DNA of 64,000 bases from a virus: positions 1-64,000 of IMG/VR virus record IMGVR_UViG_3300021440_000018; one strand, 5' to 3'. Shown here piece by piece: positions 1 to 9,539 of the stretch; the first letter of the stretch is position 1; every line of letters starts with the position of its first letter. The position numbers were made by a program, and so were the translations under genes. The notes under the pieces were generated by a model. That model saw nothing but the letters and a program-made list of their open reading frames with translations, was not told the DNA's origin and did no database searches.

Positions 1-867
1 GAAGGCCGAAACCTGCGCCGTCTCGGCCGCCTGCGCCTCCATCTGCGCCTTGATCTGGGCGCTGAAGGTCTTGACCTCGCTGCGCGAGGGCACCCCGAGA
101 AGGGCGCGCACGTCGTCTTCTGTGTGCTTGGCAGCCGACTTGCTCAGCAACCTGGAGCGCTGAACCTCGGCCTCCATCTGCCGCTTTAGGGCGTTGGCCT
201 CCTCGATCGTCCGCAGAGCCTCCTCAGCATCCACCTTCAAGCTGTGACCAGTCGTTACCCCCGTCGCCTTGTCGGTGTAAGACCGACTCACGCGGGCGCT
301 GGCAGCAGCATCGCTGCCACCCGCCCCCGTCCCTGCGCCGACCTTGCGGGCGGTACCGCCGACCAGGGCGGCAGCCCGCACCAGTTCATTGACGGCGGGC
401 TCCAGCGACGCCTTCACTGCCTGCATGATCGCCGCCACGTCCGACGGCGCCGCGGCATGCGAAGCCGCCGCAGCCACGCCCTTGGGGGCGTTGATGATCG
501 GGTTGACGACGGGCGTGAACGTGTGGCTGCCCAGAGCCGTGTTGACAGCCGAGCGAATGCCGTCGATCAGGTGGCCGTAGTCGATGCGGATCTGGCGGGG
601 GCGCTGGAAAACCGAGGCCAGGGCCTGGTCTACCTCACCCGCGATCTCCCGACCGACGTTCTTGAGGTTGGCACTACCCAGCGAGATGCGGAAGGTGCGC
701 TGCTTGAAGTAGCGCTGGATCTCTTCGTCGATCGACTTGGCGTCGAAGCGGATGGCAAGCTGCATCGCGGAGGTGTTGATCTCCGCACGCATCCAGCGAC
801 GCAACTCAAGCAGGTCCTCCTTGGCCTTGGAGGTGTTGATGCCTACGCTTAGATTCGCTGTGGTCAC
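1..867 (-). CDS. Tape measure protein, N-terminal part (runs off the window edge)
   Basis: GTG at 867 overlaps the TGA of the GT chaperone (GTGA). Frame is open to position 1 (MTTANLSVGINTSKAKEDLLELRR...), Ala-rich and helical, and sits directly after the tail chaperones. Confidence 0.75.
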   Translation of the reverse strand, partial: MTTANLSVGINTSKAKEDLLELRRWMRAEINTSAMQLAIRFDAKSIDEEIQRYFKQRTFRISLGSANLKNVGREIAGEVDQALASVFQRPRQIRIDYGHLIDGIRSAVNTALGSHTFTPVVNPIINAPKGVAAAASHAAAPSDVAAIMQAVKASLEPAVNELVRAAALVGGTARKVGAGTGAGGSDAAASARVSRSYTDKATGVTTGHSLKVDAEEALRTIEEANALKRQMEAEVQRSRLLSKSAAKHTEDDVRALLGVPSRSEVKTFSAQIKAQMEAQAAETAQVSAF

Positions 868-1208
868 TTGGATTTCCTGCTCTGGTAGTTCAACTCAGCC
901 ACATCCAACCGCTGCATCAACCTCAGATACTTCAACCGCGTCTCAGGGTCCTCCACCCCGGCCATCCTTGTGTATGCCTCTATCTCGCTCACCGCCAATG
1001 GAAGAGGCCCACCTTGCCCCCACTGCCTGCCGGCACTGATGGATCGGTAGGCCCGTAGGTACTTCTGGCAGCCCAGAGGCAGGGTGGGTTTTCGGAGAAA
1101 TGCAGGGTGGTGTTTGCCCTCGGACTGGAACACCACCTTGAACAACTTCTCGTTCTCTTCACCTCCCCATTGCAGGTACCACTCCAGGTACGCGATCAGC
1201 CGTTTCCC
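864..1208 (-). CDS. Tail assembly chaperone, T portion of GT (reached by -1 frameshift)
   Basis: The -1 frame from the slippery site (GKRLIAYLEWYLQW...) is open into ORF 864..1145 (…RLMQRLDVAEL…). Confidence 0.8.
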   Translation of the reverse strand, partial: GKRLIAYLEWYLQWGGEENEKLFKVVFQSEGKHHPAFLRKPTLPLGCQKYLRAYRSISAGRQWGQGGPLPLAVSEIEAYTRMAGVEDPETRLKYLRLMQRLDVAELNYQSRKSK

Positions 1209-1615
1209 TGCTCCACCTCTTCCTTGACCTTGAATGACTGCAGATTTTCCGCAAACGTCACAACCTGCTTGCGGAAGTCCTTCACCTTCAGCAGGACCCG
1301 AGCGTTCTCTTCCGAGTACGACAGGGTCTCGCCCTTGAAGCTGATGTTCTCCCAGCCAAGCAGGATGGTCTTGGCCAGGACCGAGATCATGATCTGCTCG
1401 GACAGCGCATCAGCGGAGTCATCACCCACGTCCAGGGCCACGCGGTTCAGCTCGACCTGGCGGGTCAACTCCTTGCCGTAGGCGCGGTTGCCGGCGCGGG
1501 CGATCAGCAGGCGCGACTTCTTTCCGATCGGAAACCAGGTGCCGTTGTTCTCCAGCCCTTCATCGGTTGCGTACTGCGCAAAGATGTCCAGCGCGTCGTT
1601 CTTGGCTTCAGTCAT
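1196..1615 (-). CDS. Tail assembly chaperone (lambda gpG analogue)
   Basis: 139 aa between tail tube and tape measure; ends CAG GGA AAC GGC TGA. Confidence 0.85.
   Translation of the reverse strand: MTEAKNDALDIFAQYATDEGLENNGTWFPIGKKSRLLIARAGNRAYGKELTRQVELNRVALDVGDDSADALSEQIMISVLAKTILLGWENISFKGETLSYSEENARVLLKVKDFRKQVVTFAENLQSFKVKEEVEQGNG
1202..1208 (-). other. Programmed -1 frameshift heptamer G GGA AAC
   Basis: X XXY YYZ motif in the correct frame just before the G stop codon. Confidence 0.85.
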
Positions 1616-1681
1616 GAATACCTCAGTGGTGGTGGGATGGGTCGTTGGCGTGGGCGGGGGTCGTTGCCCCCGCCTCGTCTA

Positions 1682-2947
1682 TCAGGTACCGACGCGGTAG
1701 ATGGCGACGGTCTTCTGGTACGTCGGGCTGGTGGCCAGCGGATCGAGCGTGGCCGTGAAGTCCATGGACAGCATGTTGTCCTGGTCCAGGCCGCCCGTCG
1801 CCACCTTGGCCGCCGTGTACTTGATGTTCGGGAAGTAGTACACGTAGCCGTTGCCGTCGACATCCAGGAGCGGGATCGTCAGCGACGACGCCACGCCGCT
1901 GATGATCTTGTTGTACATCGCAGCGTCGGCGAAGTACACCTCCAGCTTGCCCGTCACTTCCAGCGTGCCGGCTGCAAGGCCCGCCGTGCCGAAGACGCCA
2001 ACGGCGTCCTGCATGCGGATCTTGTTGTCGATGCTGAAGTCGGCAGACTTGATGTACGTGGTCGCCGTGACCGAGGCACCACCTTCCAGGATGTCGAACA
2101 CCCCGCGCGTGGCGTTGGCCGGCGTGAAGGTCTGCGACGCCACGGGCGCACCACCCATGTTGCTCGACGCACCGAGCGTGAAGCTCTTGCCCATGAACTC
2201 GAAGCCGCCCGTGACGATCGAGCCCACGCTGAGCTTCACGTCCATCTTCGAGACGATCATGCCCAGGTACAAGCGGTACTGGCTGACATCGGCGTGGCCA
2301 ACCTGGAGGCTATAGCTCTTGACCGTCGTGCCGTTGTAGACGCGGGACGAGGCGATCTTGTAGCCGGTGGCCAGGGGCGCAGTGATGACCGCGTTGTCCA
2401 CAGGCGTCGCAGCATCGAGCGTCAGCACGGTCGAGGTCGGCGCCACCGTCACGCTCAGGCGGAAGGCGCGGCCCTTCAGGTACGCCTTGACCGCGGCGGA
2501 CTCACCGACAGCCGGGATGATGCTGAACCACTGGCCTTTGTCCAGGCCGGTGAAAATGTCAGCGCCCGAGGAGGCGACGCTCGCCGTCAGCACGGTGGCG
2601 CTGGTGACGGTCAGCGTACCCGTCAGTGTGGTGCTGACGCCGTTGGTGCCGTAGGCGACGAACGGGTTCTCCATCACACCTTCGAGGAAGGGGTCGTACT
2701 CTTTGTACTGCGCCTCGAACTGGAAGCCGCCCTGGGCGGACGCACTGACCTGCACCACGTCAGGAATCTGGCGGTCGGAGCGGATTTGCTTCGACTGCTC
2801 GTTCTTGATGGTGTAGTCGAGGTTCTCCGAGGTCATGTTCAGGAGCGTACCGTTGCCGGCCTGGAGCACCCCGAAGTTCGTCGGATAGGTCCCCTCCAGC
2901 TTGTAGGCAAGCTGCGAGCGGTTCGATGCGGAAAGGCTGCCCGGCAT
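1682..2947 (-). CDS. Major tail tube protein
   Basis: 421 aa, Thr/Ser/Gly-rich. Has the tail-tube-like N-terminus (QSKQIRSDRQI) and C-terminal VTGKLEVYF..MYNK; upstream of chaperones; strong RBS (GAGGA). Confidence 0.8.
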   Translation of the reverse strand: MPGSLSASNRSQLAYKLEGTYPTNFGVLQAGNGTLLNMTSENLDYTIKNEQSKQIRSDRQIPDVVQVSASAQGGFQFEAQYKEYDPFLEGVMENPFVAYGTNGVSTTLTGTLTVTSATVLTASVASSGADIFTGLDKGQWFSIIPAVGESAAVKAYLKGRAFRLSVTVAPTSTVLTLDAATPVDNAVITAPLATGYKIASSRVYNGTTVKSYSLQVGHADVSQYRLYLGMIVSKMDVKLSVGSIVTGGFEFMGKSFTLGASSNMGGAPVASQTFTPANATRGVFDILEGGASVTATTYIKSADFSIDNKIRMQDAVGVFGTAGLAAGTLEVTGKLEVYFADAAMYNKIISGVASSLTIPLLDVDGNGYVYYFPNIKYTAAKVATGGLDQDNMLSMDFTATLDPLATSPTYQKTVAIYRVGT

Positions 2948-3014
2948 GGTTAGTTCCTCATTTCAGAGAATGTCATTGCGGATTGTAGCCGCGTGGCACA
3001 GGAATGGAAGCCCG

Positions 3015-3416
3015 TCAAGCGGGGTCTGAACAGAAAGGCACCTTCAGGTGCTCGATATGGAACCCGCGAAGCTGGCTGTTGCCGTCAGGTTCCGGGGCCT
3101 GCAGTTGGGCAGGGCCCAAATGCTGGAACTTCAGGGTGTCAGAGAACCAGGTGACCACGTCCAGTGCCCCCTTGACGCCGGTACCGGCTCGGCGATACGC
3201 GTGCACGTACACGCAGCCGGCCACCCGACGTTTGGGAGCCCAAGCCATGCCCACCTGGGAGCCGCCCTGGAACTCGATCTCCACCTCGGTGAACTGCTCC
3301 GGCAAGGTGTTCCAGTCGAAAGGCGCGTTGGGGTAGACGATCGGCACGGCGGGGAACGCCGTGGGGTAGCCCGAATTGATGGCGGCGATGATGGCCTGAC
3401 GAATCTGGTCTTCCAC
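3015..3416 (-). CDS. Tail terminator protein
   Basis: 133 aa immediately upstream of the tail tube; vYPNapF motif. Confidence 0.65.
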   Translation of the reverse strand: MEDQIRQAIIAAINSGYPTAFPAVPIVYPNAPFDWNTLPEQFTEVEIEFQGGSQVGMAWAPKRRVAGCVYVHAYRRAGTGVKGALDVVTWFSDTLKFQHLGPAQLQAPEPDGNSQLRGFHIEHLKVPFCSDPA

Positions 3417-3417
3417 G

Positions 3418-3939
3418 TCAAGCTCCCAGGTGCAGGTTCTTGTAGACCTGACCCATGTGTTGGGTCATGCCCTCGGCGTAGTTGATCCCCGCCCAGTCGA
3501 ACGTGCGGCGGGCCATCTGGCCCGGGCTGCGCAGGGGGATGGCCTCATCCTCGACATCCTGGGAATACGGACCCTCACCGTGGTCGACGCCGTTGGAGAT
3601 GTACACCGTGTCGCCCAGGCGGAAGCCGCTGTCCTTGCCGCGGTTGGCTGAGTTGGCCAGGGCAATGGCGTTGGTGTGCCCCGGCCACAAGGGGCGGCCC
3701 ATCAGGCTCACCGGCCAACGGTGATCCGGGTGCTCCATGGTGGGAACCTGGTCAGACCGATCGCTGAAATCGGGCGAATTCAGGCTGTAGTTGTAGCTGG
3801 CGACCATGCGGCCCGCCCACTGGGGGGTCTTCGACAGCACGCCGCTCCAGATCCGCACGGTGAACCCGCGGATGATCTGTGTGCACTCTGCCTCAAGCTC
3901 GGCAAAGGCCAGGTCCAGGTTCTCCCAGCTATCAGCCAT
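3418..3939 (-). CDS. Tail completion / neck protein (HK97 gp10-like position)
   Basis: KTPQWAGR and VYISN…Y motifs; synteny. Confidence 0.6.
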   Translation of the reverse strand: MADSWENLDLAFAELEAECTQIIRGFTVRIWSGVLSKTPQWAGRMVASYNYSLNSPDFSDRSDQVPTMEHPDHRWPVSLMGRPLWPGHTNAIALANSANRGKDSGFRLGDTVYISNGVDHGEGPYSQDVEDEAIPLRSPGQMARRTFDWAGINYAEGMTQHMGQVYKNLHLGA

Positions 3940-4771
3940 GGAGGGTCACCCGGCACAGCCACACGGGGCCTTCGCTGAGGGCCGACATCACCTTCCAGGT
4001 ACCGTCGGACATGGTCACTGTGGCACCGGGTAGTAGGCTTGCCACGTCAGACTTGGACACCGCGATCTGCATGTCCCCCGGGGAGAACTTCGGCGCCAGG
4101 TTGTTCCTGTACTTGAAGAGGGCCTGCCAGCGCACGCGAACTACTTGAACCGAGGTGGGCGCGCCGGCCACTGTGTCCAGCACAGGGTTGTATGCACCAC
4201 TCGAAATGGAGGCGGTCTCGACACTGGGTTCCTCCATCTCCTCGCAGGTGGCTATGAGCGTGCCCCCTGCGCCATCGGTAATCTCCCGCACGATGTAGGA
4301 CCTGCCGGCGTAGCCGACGATCTTGTCGTCGGAGACCGGCTCTCCCGCAGCGAAGTGCAAGTGCACCTGCGGAAACAGGTTCGAGCCCTCGTCGGTGTAC
4401 GCCTTGTCCTTGACCCAGGCACGGCCTGCATAGGCGCTGGTGCCCGTGGCGTCGGTGCAGACCTCGTCCAGGGTGCGGACGACGGCCAGCGTGGTCGCTT
4501 CGTGCGCCACGTAGCTGACGCGCAGCGTGCTGCCGTTGAAGTCGTCGGGGTTGGCATGACCCAGGATGAACCTGGTACCCGCGGCCGCGATGACACGGCG
4601 CGCCGGCAACACGGTGTCGGCGCCCATCGAAATGGTGCGCCGCTCCTGGGTCTCGCTGTCGCGCTTGTTGTCGTCGTACAGACCGAGTTGGGCGCGGAAC
4701 AGGTGCTCGCCGGTATAGCCGTCGCGGCAGACCATGCGGTCGAAATGCCGCGCGACCTTCTCCAAGCGCAT
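3932..4771 (-). CDS. Head closure / head-tail joining protein
   Basis: Likely start MRLEKVARHF at 4771, just after the upstream stop; synteny. Confidence 0.55.
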   Translation of the reverse strand: MRLEKVARHFDRMVCRDGYTGEHLFRAQLGLYDDNKRDSETQERRTISMGADTVLPARRVIAAAGTRFILGHANPDDFNGSTLRVSYVAHEATTLAVVRTLDEVCTDATGTSAYAGRAWVKDKAYTDEGSNLFPQVHLHFAAGEPVSDDKIVGYAGRSYIVREITDGAGGTLIATCEEMEEPSVETASISSGAYNPVLDTVAGAPTSVQVVRVRWQALFKYRNNLAPKFSPGDMQIAVSKSDVASLLPGATVTMSDGTWKVMSALSEGPVWLCRVTLHG

Positions 4772-4772
4772 G

Positions 4773-5270
4773 TCAGGTGCCCGTGACGGGGTCGCGGGCG
4801 GGGGCAACGGCCCGGAAGTACGGGAACAACACCGTGGGCGTCGCCGTCTCGGCCGTGAGGTCTCCGTAGGCTTCGGACAGGCGGCCCCGGTACTGCTGGT
4901 ACCTGTTGGAGACGCTGGCGATCGTCGCCTTGTAAGGGTCGACGGCATAACGGACCATGCTCGCCTTGCCGTCGCTGATCTCCTTGGGGCTGAACAAGGG
5001 CAAGGAGTCGGTCAGATGCTTCGCCACGGCGTACGTGGCGAAGAGGCTCGTGTACCGGATGAACCGCTCTTGTGCAGCCGTCCACCCAGCCGGGGGCGTC
5101 AATGCCAGCGCTGCGTAGTCTTCGACCAGCGTCAGGCTGACATCCTCGAACTCGGAAGTGAGGTTGAGATCGTAGAGGGGGAGCGAGATCGTGGCGTCCT
5201 CGACTTCGTCCGAAGACACTCCAAGAGCGGCACGAATGTCGTCGTAGCTCGTGTAGTCCACCACTGCCAT
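4773..5270 (-). CDS. Head-tail adaptor
   Basis: 165 aa; N-terminal YTSYDDIRAALG is typical of connector proteins; synteny. Confidence 0.6.
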   Translation of the reverse strand: MAVVDYTSYDDIRAALGVSSDEVEDATISLPLYDLNLTSEFEDVSLTLVEDYAALALTPPAGWTAAQERFIRYTSLFATYAVAKHLTDSLPLFSPKEISDGKASMVRYAVDPYKATIASVSNRYQQYRGRLSEAYGDLTAETATPTVLFPYFRAVAPARDPVTGT

Positions 5271-5290
5271 GGTTCAGCCCCCGTGAGCCT

Positions 5291-5494
5291 TCAGGCGAAC
5301 GCGATTTTGCCGGCGTCCATCTGGGTCTTCACCCACCCATCCAACTCGTGGTCGGTGGCCTTGCTCTGGTCGAACCTGGCCTGGGTGTACGGGTGAATCA
5401 TGAGACCGTAGACGGCGCGCAGTGCCACCAATTCCACGGTCTTGGCCTTCGGCGCTTCAGCGGCCTCGGGCTTGGTCTTTTTCGCTTCGGTCAT
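5291..5494 (-). CDS. Small hypothetical virion/assembly protein
   Basis: 67 aa, GAGG RBS, genome-like codon usage. Confidence 0.55.
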   Translation of the reverse strand: MTEAKKTKPEAAEAPKAKTVELVALRAVYGLMIHPYTQARFDQSKATDHELDGWVKTQMDAGKIAFA

Positions 5495-5544
5495 GCGGAC
5501 CTCTCAAGTGCAGGCACTGACATTATCAGAAAATGGGGCTCAAC

Positions 5545-7203
5545 TCAAGGTCTGACCCAGACCCACCTGGTTTTGCCGCAGTCGTAGAGGCGGTACCAAC
5601 CCATCCTCGTCATGTTCTCCCTCTCGGTGAGCGCGGGATCGAACCCCGGCAGTTCGGCCAGCCTCGCGCGGGTGAAGTTGCTCTTGCGGTAGCGGGACAG
5701 GAACGGGTTGCGCACGTAGTAGTAGTCCGGGCGCCCTACCAGTTCCCTGGAAAAACCGAGCTTCTCGTACAGGCGCCCGTCGAACATGCGGTTGTCGGAG
5801 TAGGAGACGACGCGTGTCACCTGGGGGCAGTTGCGCAGGAATGCCTTGAACAGCTTCGAGGCGCCACCCACCACGCTGCAGGTCGTGGCGAATCTGCGGA
5901 GTTCCGCGGAACTGTCGACCTGGTGCCCTCGGCGGCTATTCACCGAGGAGAACGACATGACGGCCACCAGCGTGCCCGAGTGCTCCAGCCCGAGGTGGTC
6001 GCAACCGCTGGCGCCGGCCTGGGCGTGGTTGTCGGCCAGGAAGGTGGCGGCCTCGTCGGCGGGGACCAACACGACTCTGGTCTGCCTTGCGGACAGGCGT
6101 GGGGAAGCCCCCAGGAGATGCCGCACCGTCTTCTCGATGACGGGCCTGTTGTTGTCCCACTCGTCGGAGAAGATGCTGACCACGCGGATGCCTTGGGCGC
6201 GTGCTTCCTGGTGCTTTCGCCAAATGTTCAGGGGGTCCATGGCCGCCCAGCTCGAATGCCACGGCAGCCCGTCGTACTCGAACCCCAGCATGAGCCCGGG
6301 AACGAAGACATCCAGTTCCTTCCTGCCGGGGCCGTAGCGGTAGTTCAGAACCGCATCCGGCCGCACCGAACGCACGAGGTCGAACAGTTCCACCTGCCCC
6401 GCCGACGGACCAGAGACCGCGCACCGGGGGCACCCGTGCCCGTCCAAGTGGTCGTGCGGGGTCTGCAGGAAGGGGCCGTGCTCCGGGCACCGGACTTCGA
6501 CTTTCTGCGCAGAGTGCTCGTACCGGGCCCCGGAGTAGTCGTACACCCCGCCGTGGGCAGTACGGGCCCGCGCCACGAAGTTCTCGGTGTTGCTGCGCCG
6601 GCCTTCCGCCTGCTTCCGCGGCGCGCACCGGGGGCACCCCTGACCAGTCAAGTGGAGATGCGGGGTCTGCAGGAAGGGGCCATGCTCCGGGCACCGGATC
6701 TCTACCTTGTCCCGGACCCTCACGTACCGCACCGCGGAGTAGTCGTAGGTGGCCCCATGAACCTCTGCGGCGCGGGCAAGGAAGTCGTCCTGGCCTAACC
6801 TCCTCGACCGGCCCCCCTTCTCCTTCCCACACTCCGGGCACCCGGCCCCCTTCAAGTGGTGATACGGCTGCTGCTTGAACGCCCCGTGCGCCGGGCAGAG
6901 GATCTCGACCTTCTGGCGCACCCCGGCATAGCCCTGCCCGTCCGGGTAGCTGTACGCACCCTCGTGCACCCCGTGGGCGCGGGCAACGAACTCCTCGTAC
7001 GTCACCTTCGGCCCGGCAGCACAGCCAGGACATCCCGTGCCCCGCAGCAGGTTCGCCGGGGTGGCGAAGAAGGGCCCGTGCCCCGGGCACACCAACCGCA
7101 CCTTGGCGTGGGCCGTGGTGTACGACACCTGGGATGTGTCGTACTTGTCCCCGTGAACGCTGGACAAGCGTGCGAGAAACTCCCCCTGCGTGTGCTTCTT
7201 CAA
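5545..7203 (-). CDS. Hef-like homing endonuclease: four Zn-binding DNA-binding repeats, a Vsr/PD-(D/E)XK-like nuclease and a GNAT/Mom-like C-terminal domain
   Basis: Four CPxHGxF..GxGCPxC repeats, ELDVFVP..GFEYDGLPWHS, SYSDNRMFDGRLYEKLGF, YDCGK. Start inferred at TTG 7203 (GAGG upstream). Confidence 0.75.
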   Translation of the reverse strand: MKKHTQGEFLARLSSVHGDKYDTSQVSYTTAHAKVRLVCPGHGPFFATPANLLRGTGCPGCAAGPKVTYEEFVARAHGVHEGAYSYPDGQGYAGVRQKVEILCPAHGAFKQQPYHHLKGAGCPECGKEKGGRSRRLGQDDFLARAAEVHGATYDYSAVRYVRVRDKVEIRCPEHGPFLQTPHLHLTGQGCPRCAPRKQAEGRRSNTENFVARARTAHGGVYDYSGARYEHSAQKVEVRCPEHGPFLQTPHDHLDGHGCPRCAVSGPSAGQVELFDLVRSVRPDAVLNYRYGPGRKELDVFVPGLMLGFEYDGLPWHSSWAAMDPLNIWRKHQEARAQGIRVVSIFSDEWDNNRPVIEKTVRHLLGASPRLSARQTRVVLVPADEAATFLADNHAQAGASGCDHLGLEHSGTLVAVMSFSSVNSRRGHQVDSSAELRRFATTCSVVGGASKLFKAFLRNCPQVTRVVSYSDNRMFDGRLYEKLGFSRELVGRPDYYYVRNPFLSRYRKSNFTRARLAELPGFDPALTERENMTRMGWYRLYDCGKTRWVWVRP

Positions 7204-7251
7204 CCCTGACCTCGTAGGTATCCTGCGTCTCACCACATAGGAGTATGGGGC

Positions 7252-7281
7252 GAAAGAAACGCCCCTCCGGGGAGGGGCGTC
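7252..7281 (-). terminator. Intrinsic terminator after the major capsid gene
   Basis: GACGCCCCTCC-CC-GGAGGGGCGT followed by TTCTTT. Confidence 0.8.
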
Positions 7282-7298
7282 GTGATCTCTAGGTACGC

Positions 7299-8465
7299 TC
7301 AGGAGATCGTCATGCAGCCGAAGGCGTCCTTGAACAGGCGGTTCACGTGCTCGCCGAAGTCGAAGCGCATGGCCTGGCTGCGGCGCATCACGAAGGACTC
7401 GATGCCCTGGAAGTCCGCCGACAGGCTGCGCACACGACGGATCGCGGCGCTCTTGTCGAAGCCCATGATCGTCGCAGCCGGCCAGTTGCTGTCCTGGGTC
7501 AGGAACAGTTGCGGGTTCTTGGCCCAGGTCGGGTTCATGATCGTGAACTGCGTGTCGATGCGCGGCGACTGAGCGTCGTCGGTGTAGACCGTCGGCTTGT
7601 TCGCACGACCTTCGATCTTCATCGCGCTGTCGATGTCGGTCACGATGTGCGTGATGGTGCGCTTCGTGCCGTTGTTCATCAGGTACTTCATCCACGCCTT
7701 CTGCGTCAGGTTGCCACCCGAAGCCGCGGAATCGAACGAGGTCGAGGTCTGCACCAGACCCAGCGACGACAGCGAGCCATCGTTGTTGTCGGTGTCACCG
7801 TTGTACAGGGCCAGCATGTAGCCCTGGGCGCGCTCGTTGCGCTCGACAGCAGCCTGGCGGGCCAGCGACAGGGCCACGATGTCCAGCGTGCTGGCGCGCA
7901 GGGCCTGATCGCTGATCTCCATGCCCAGGCTGAAGGTCGGGATGCGGTAGGCCACGTCACTCGACGTGATCGTCAGCATCGACGCCGGCTGCGCGAGTTG
8001 GCTGATGCCCTGGCTGCGAGCCGCTTCCGGCTTGCTGAAGCTCAGGATCGGCTGCTCGTAGCGGTCGCCGTTGATCGACTCGTCGACCGCGATCATCTGC
8101 TCGAAGGCGTCGGCCGTCATCGTCAGATTGGCGACCAGCTTGTCTTCGATGGCTTGCAGGAACACGGCCGGGAACAGGATGCGCGAGGCCGGGACGCCGT
8201 CCTTGACGACGGTGCCAGCTTGGCGGCCGTTCAGGATGTCGTCCATGGTGCTGGCGCGGATGCCCAGTTCGCGGTTCGGGCGCACGAAGATGCCTTCGCT
8301 GGCCATCAGTTGGTTGAACGTCGAGCCGTACTTCTCAGCGTTCGTGGGGTACTGCGTGTTGACCCACTGCTGGAAGCTCATGCCCGAGCGTGCAGCCTGC
8401 TGGTACATCGACACATTCAGGTCGATCTGCTGGGTCGCGCCCGAGGCGTCGAGGAAGGATGCCAT
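7299..8465 (-). CDS. Major capsid protein
   Basis: 388 aa with very strong codon bias, after protease and decoration genes, followed by a terminator. Confidence 0.8.
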   Translation of the reverse strand: MASFLDASGATQQIDLNVSMYQQAARSGMSFQQWVNTQYPTNAEKYGSTFNQLMASEGIFVRPNRELGIRASTMDDILNGRQAGTVVKDGVPASRILFPAVFLQAIEDKLVANLTMTADAFEQMIAVDESINGDRYEQPILSFSKPEAARSQGISQLAQPASMLTITSSDVAYRIPTFSLGMEISDQALRASTLDIVALSLARQAAVERNERAQGYMLALYNGDTDNNDGSLSSLGLVQTSTSFDSAASGGNLTQKAWMKYLMNNGTKRTITHIVTDIDSAMKIEGRANKPTVYTDDAQSPRIDTQFTIMNPTWAKNPQLFLTQDSNWPAATIMGFDKSAAIRRVRSLSADFQGIESFVMRRSQAMRFDFGEHVNRLFKDAFGCMTIS

Positions 8466-8480
8466 GTTCGATTGCTCCGA

Positions 8481-8960
8481 TTAAGCGACGAATTCGATGA
8501 CGCCGGTCGTACCGACCGCGCCCGTACCAGCCGAGCCAAGCGACACGACACGCCACTTGAAGTTCAGGGTGTTGCCAGCCGCCGTGGCCTTGCAGACCTT
8601 GGCAGGAACCGTCAGGGCCGTGCCCTTGGCCACCGCCGTGCCGGCGACGACGTAGTCGCCGATGGCCAGGGTGCCGGTGCCGGGGGTTGCCTGCAGACCG
8701 TCGAAGGTCACTTGGAAGCGACCCTGCGTGGTGACCGAACCGATGGCGTAGCCGTCTTGCGAAGCCGGCTCGTAGGCCGCCATGCGGCCCTCGATTTCGT
8801 TGCCGACCGCGCACAGGTCATAGCGGGATTCGCCGGCCAGCTTGACGAACTTCCCGACTTCAAGGTCGGTCAGCCAGTTTGCGCTGCCAGTGTTCGCGCC
8901 CAGGCGGGCCGTAACAGTCTTTGCGATGTCGACCAGTTCGGTCATCTGGAACTTTGCCAT
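8481..8960 (-). CDS. Capsid decoration / cement protein
   Basis: 159 aa, Gly/Ala/Thr-rich, between protease and MCP (lambda gpD position). Confidence 0.65.
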   Translation of the reverse strand: MAKFQMTELVDIAKTVTARLGANTGSANWLTDLEVGKFVKLAGESRYDLCAVGNEIEGRMAAYEPASQDGYAIGSVTTQGRFQVTFDGLQATPGTGTLAIGDYVVAGTAVAKGTALTVPAKVCKATAAGNTLNFKWRVVSLGSAGTGAVGTTGVIEFVA

Positions 8961-8972
8961 TGGGGGCTCCGA

Positions 8973-9539
8973 TTACTTGGCGGGAGAGAAGCGAGTGGCA
9001 GCGATATGCGCCAGATGCAGGGGCGAGACCGGCTTGGCCTCGTCCTTGACGGCGTCGGCTTGCGGCACCGCCGCAACACCACCCACCTTGAACGACTTGG
9101 TGAAGGTCTCGGTCATCGCTGCATGGTCAGCCAGCAGCGATTCAGCCGAGGCGGCCGACAGATCGATCTTGGCAAGGCCCAGGCCGACGCGCATGTTCGA
9201 CACCGACTGCGCCGCGATCTTCATCAGCGGAGCGTGGGTGGTGCGAAGAGCAGCCAACTCGGCGTTGGCCTTGTCCAGGTCCGCCTTCAGGGTGACCTGA
9301 GCTTCCGTCGCCGCCGTCAGTTGACCTTGCAGGTAGGCCACGACGCCGGCATCGGCAGCGGGCTTGACTTCAGCGGCGGGCTCGACAGGAACCTCGCTCT
9401 CAGCCGCAGCAACTTCAGCGGCGGGGGCCTCGACCTCCGCCTCGGGGGCCACAACCTCGGCCGCAGCGGCAGCGGCAGCCAGCGGAGCACCGCTTTGAAT
9501 CGCGGCAATCTGCTGTTCTGTCAACGCAACTTTCGGCAT
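8973..9539 (-). CDS. Nested in-frame scaffolding protein (lambda Nu3-like)
   Basis: Internal ATG (MPKVALT, codon 298) preceded by AAAGGA and a sigma70-like promoter. Confidence 0.6.
   Translation of the reverse strand: MPKVALTEQQIAAIQSGAPLAAAAAAAEVVAPEAEVEAPAAEVAAAESEVPVEPAAEVKPAADAGVVAYLQGQLTAATEAQVTLKADLDKANAELAALRTTHAPLMKIAAQSVSNMRVGLGLAKIDLSAASAESLLADHAAMTETFTKSFKVGGVAAVPQADAVKDEAKPVSPLHLAHIAATRFSPAK

Noticed and set aside
4772-4948. Upstream extension of ORF 3932..4948
   Set aside because: It overlaps the adaptor gene; ATG 4771 follows the upstream stop directly.
7204-7695. N-terminal extension of the 716-aa endonuclease ORF
   Set aside because: It overlaps the capsid gene out of frame and crosses the terminator; a start at about 7203 is more plausible.
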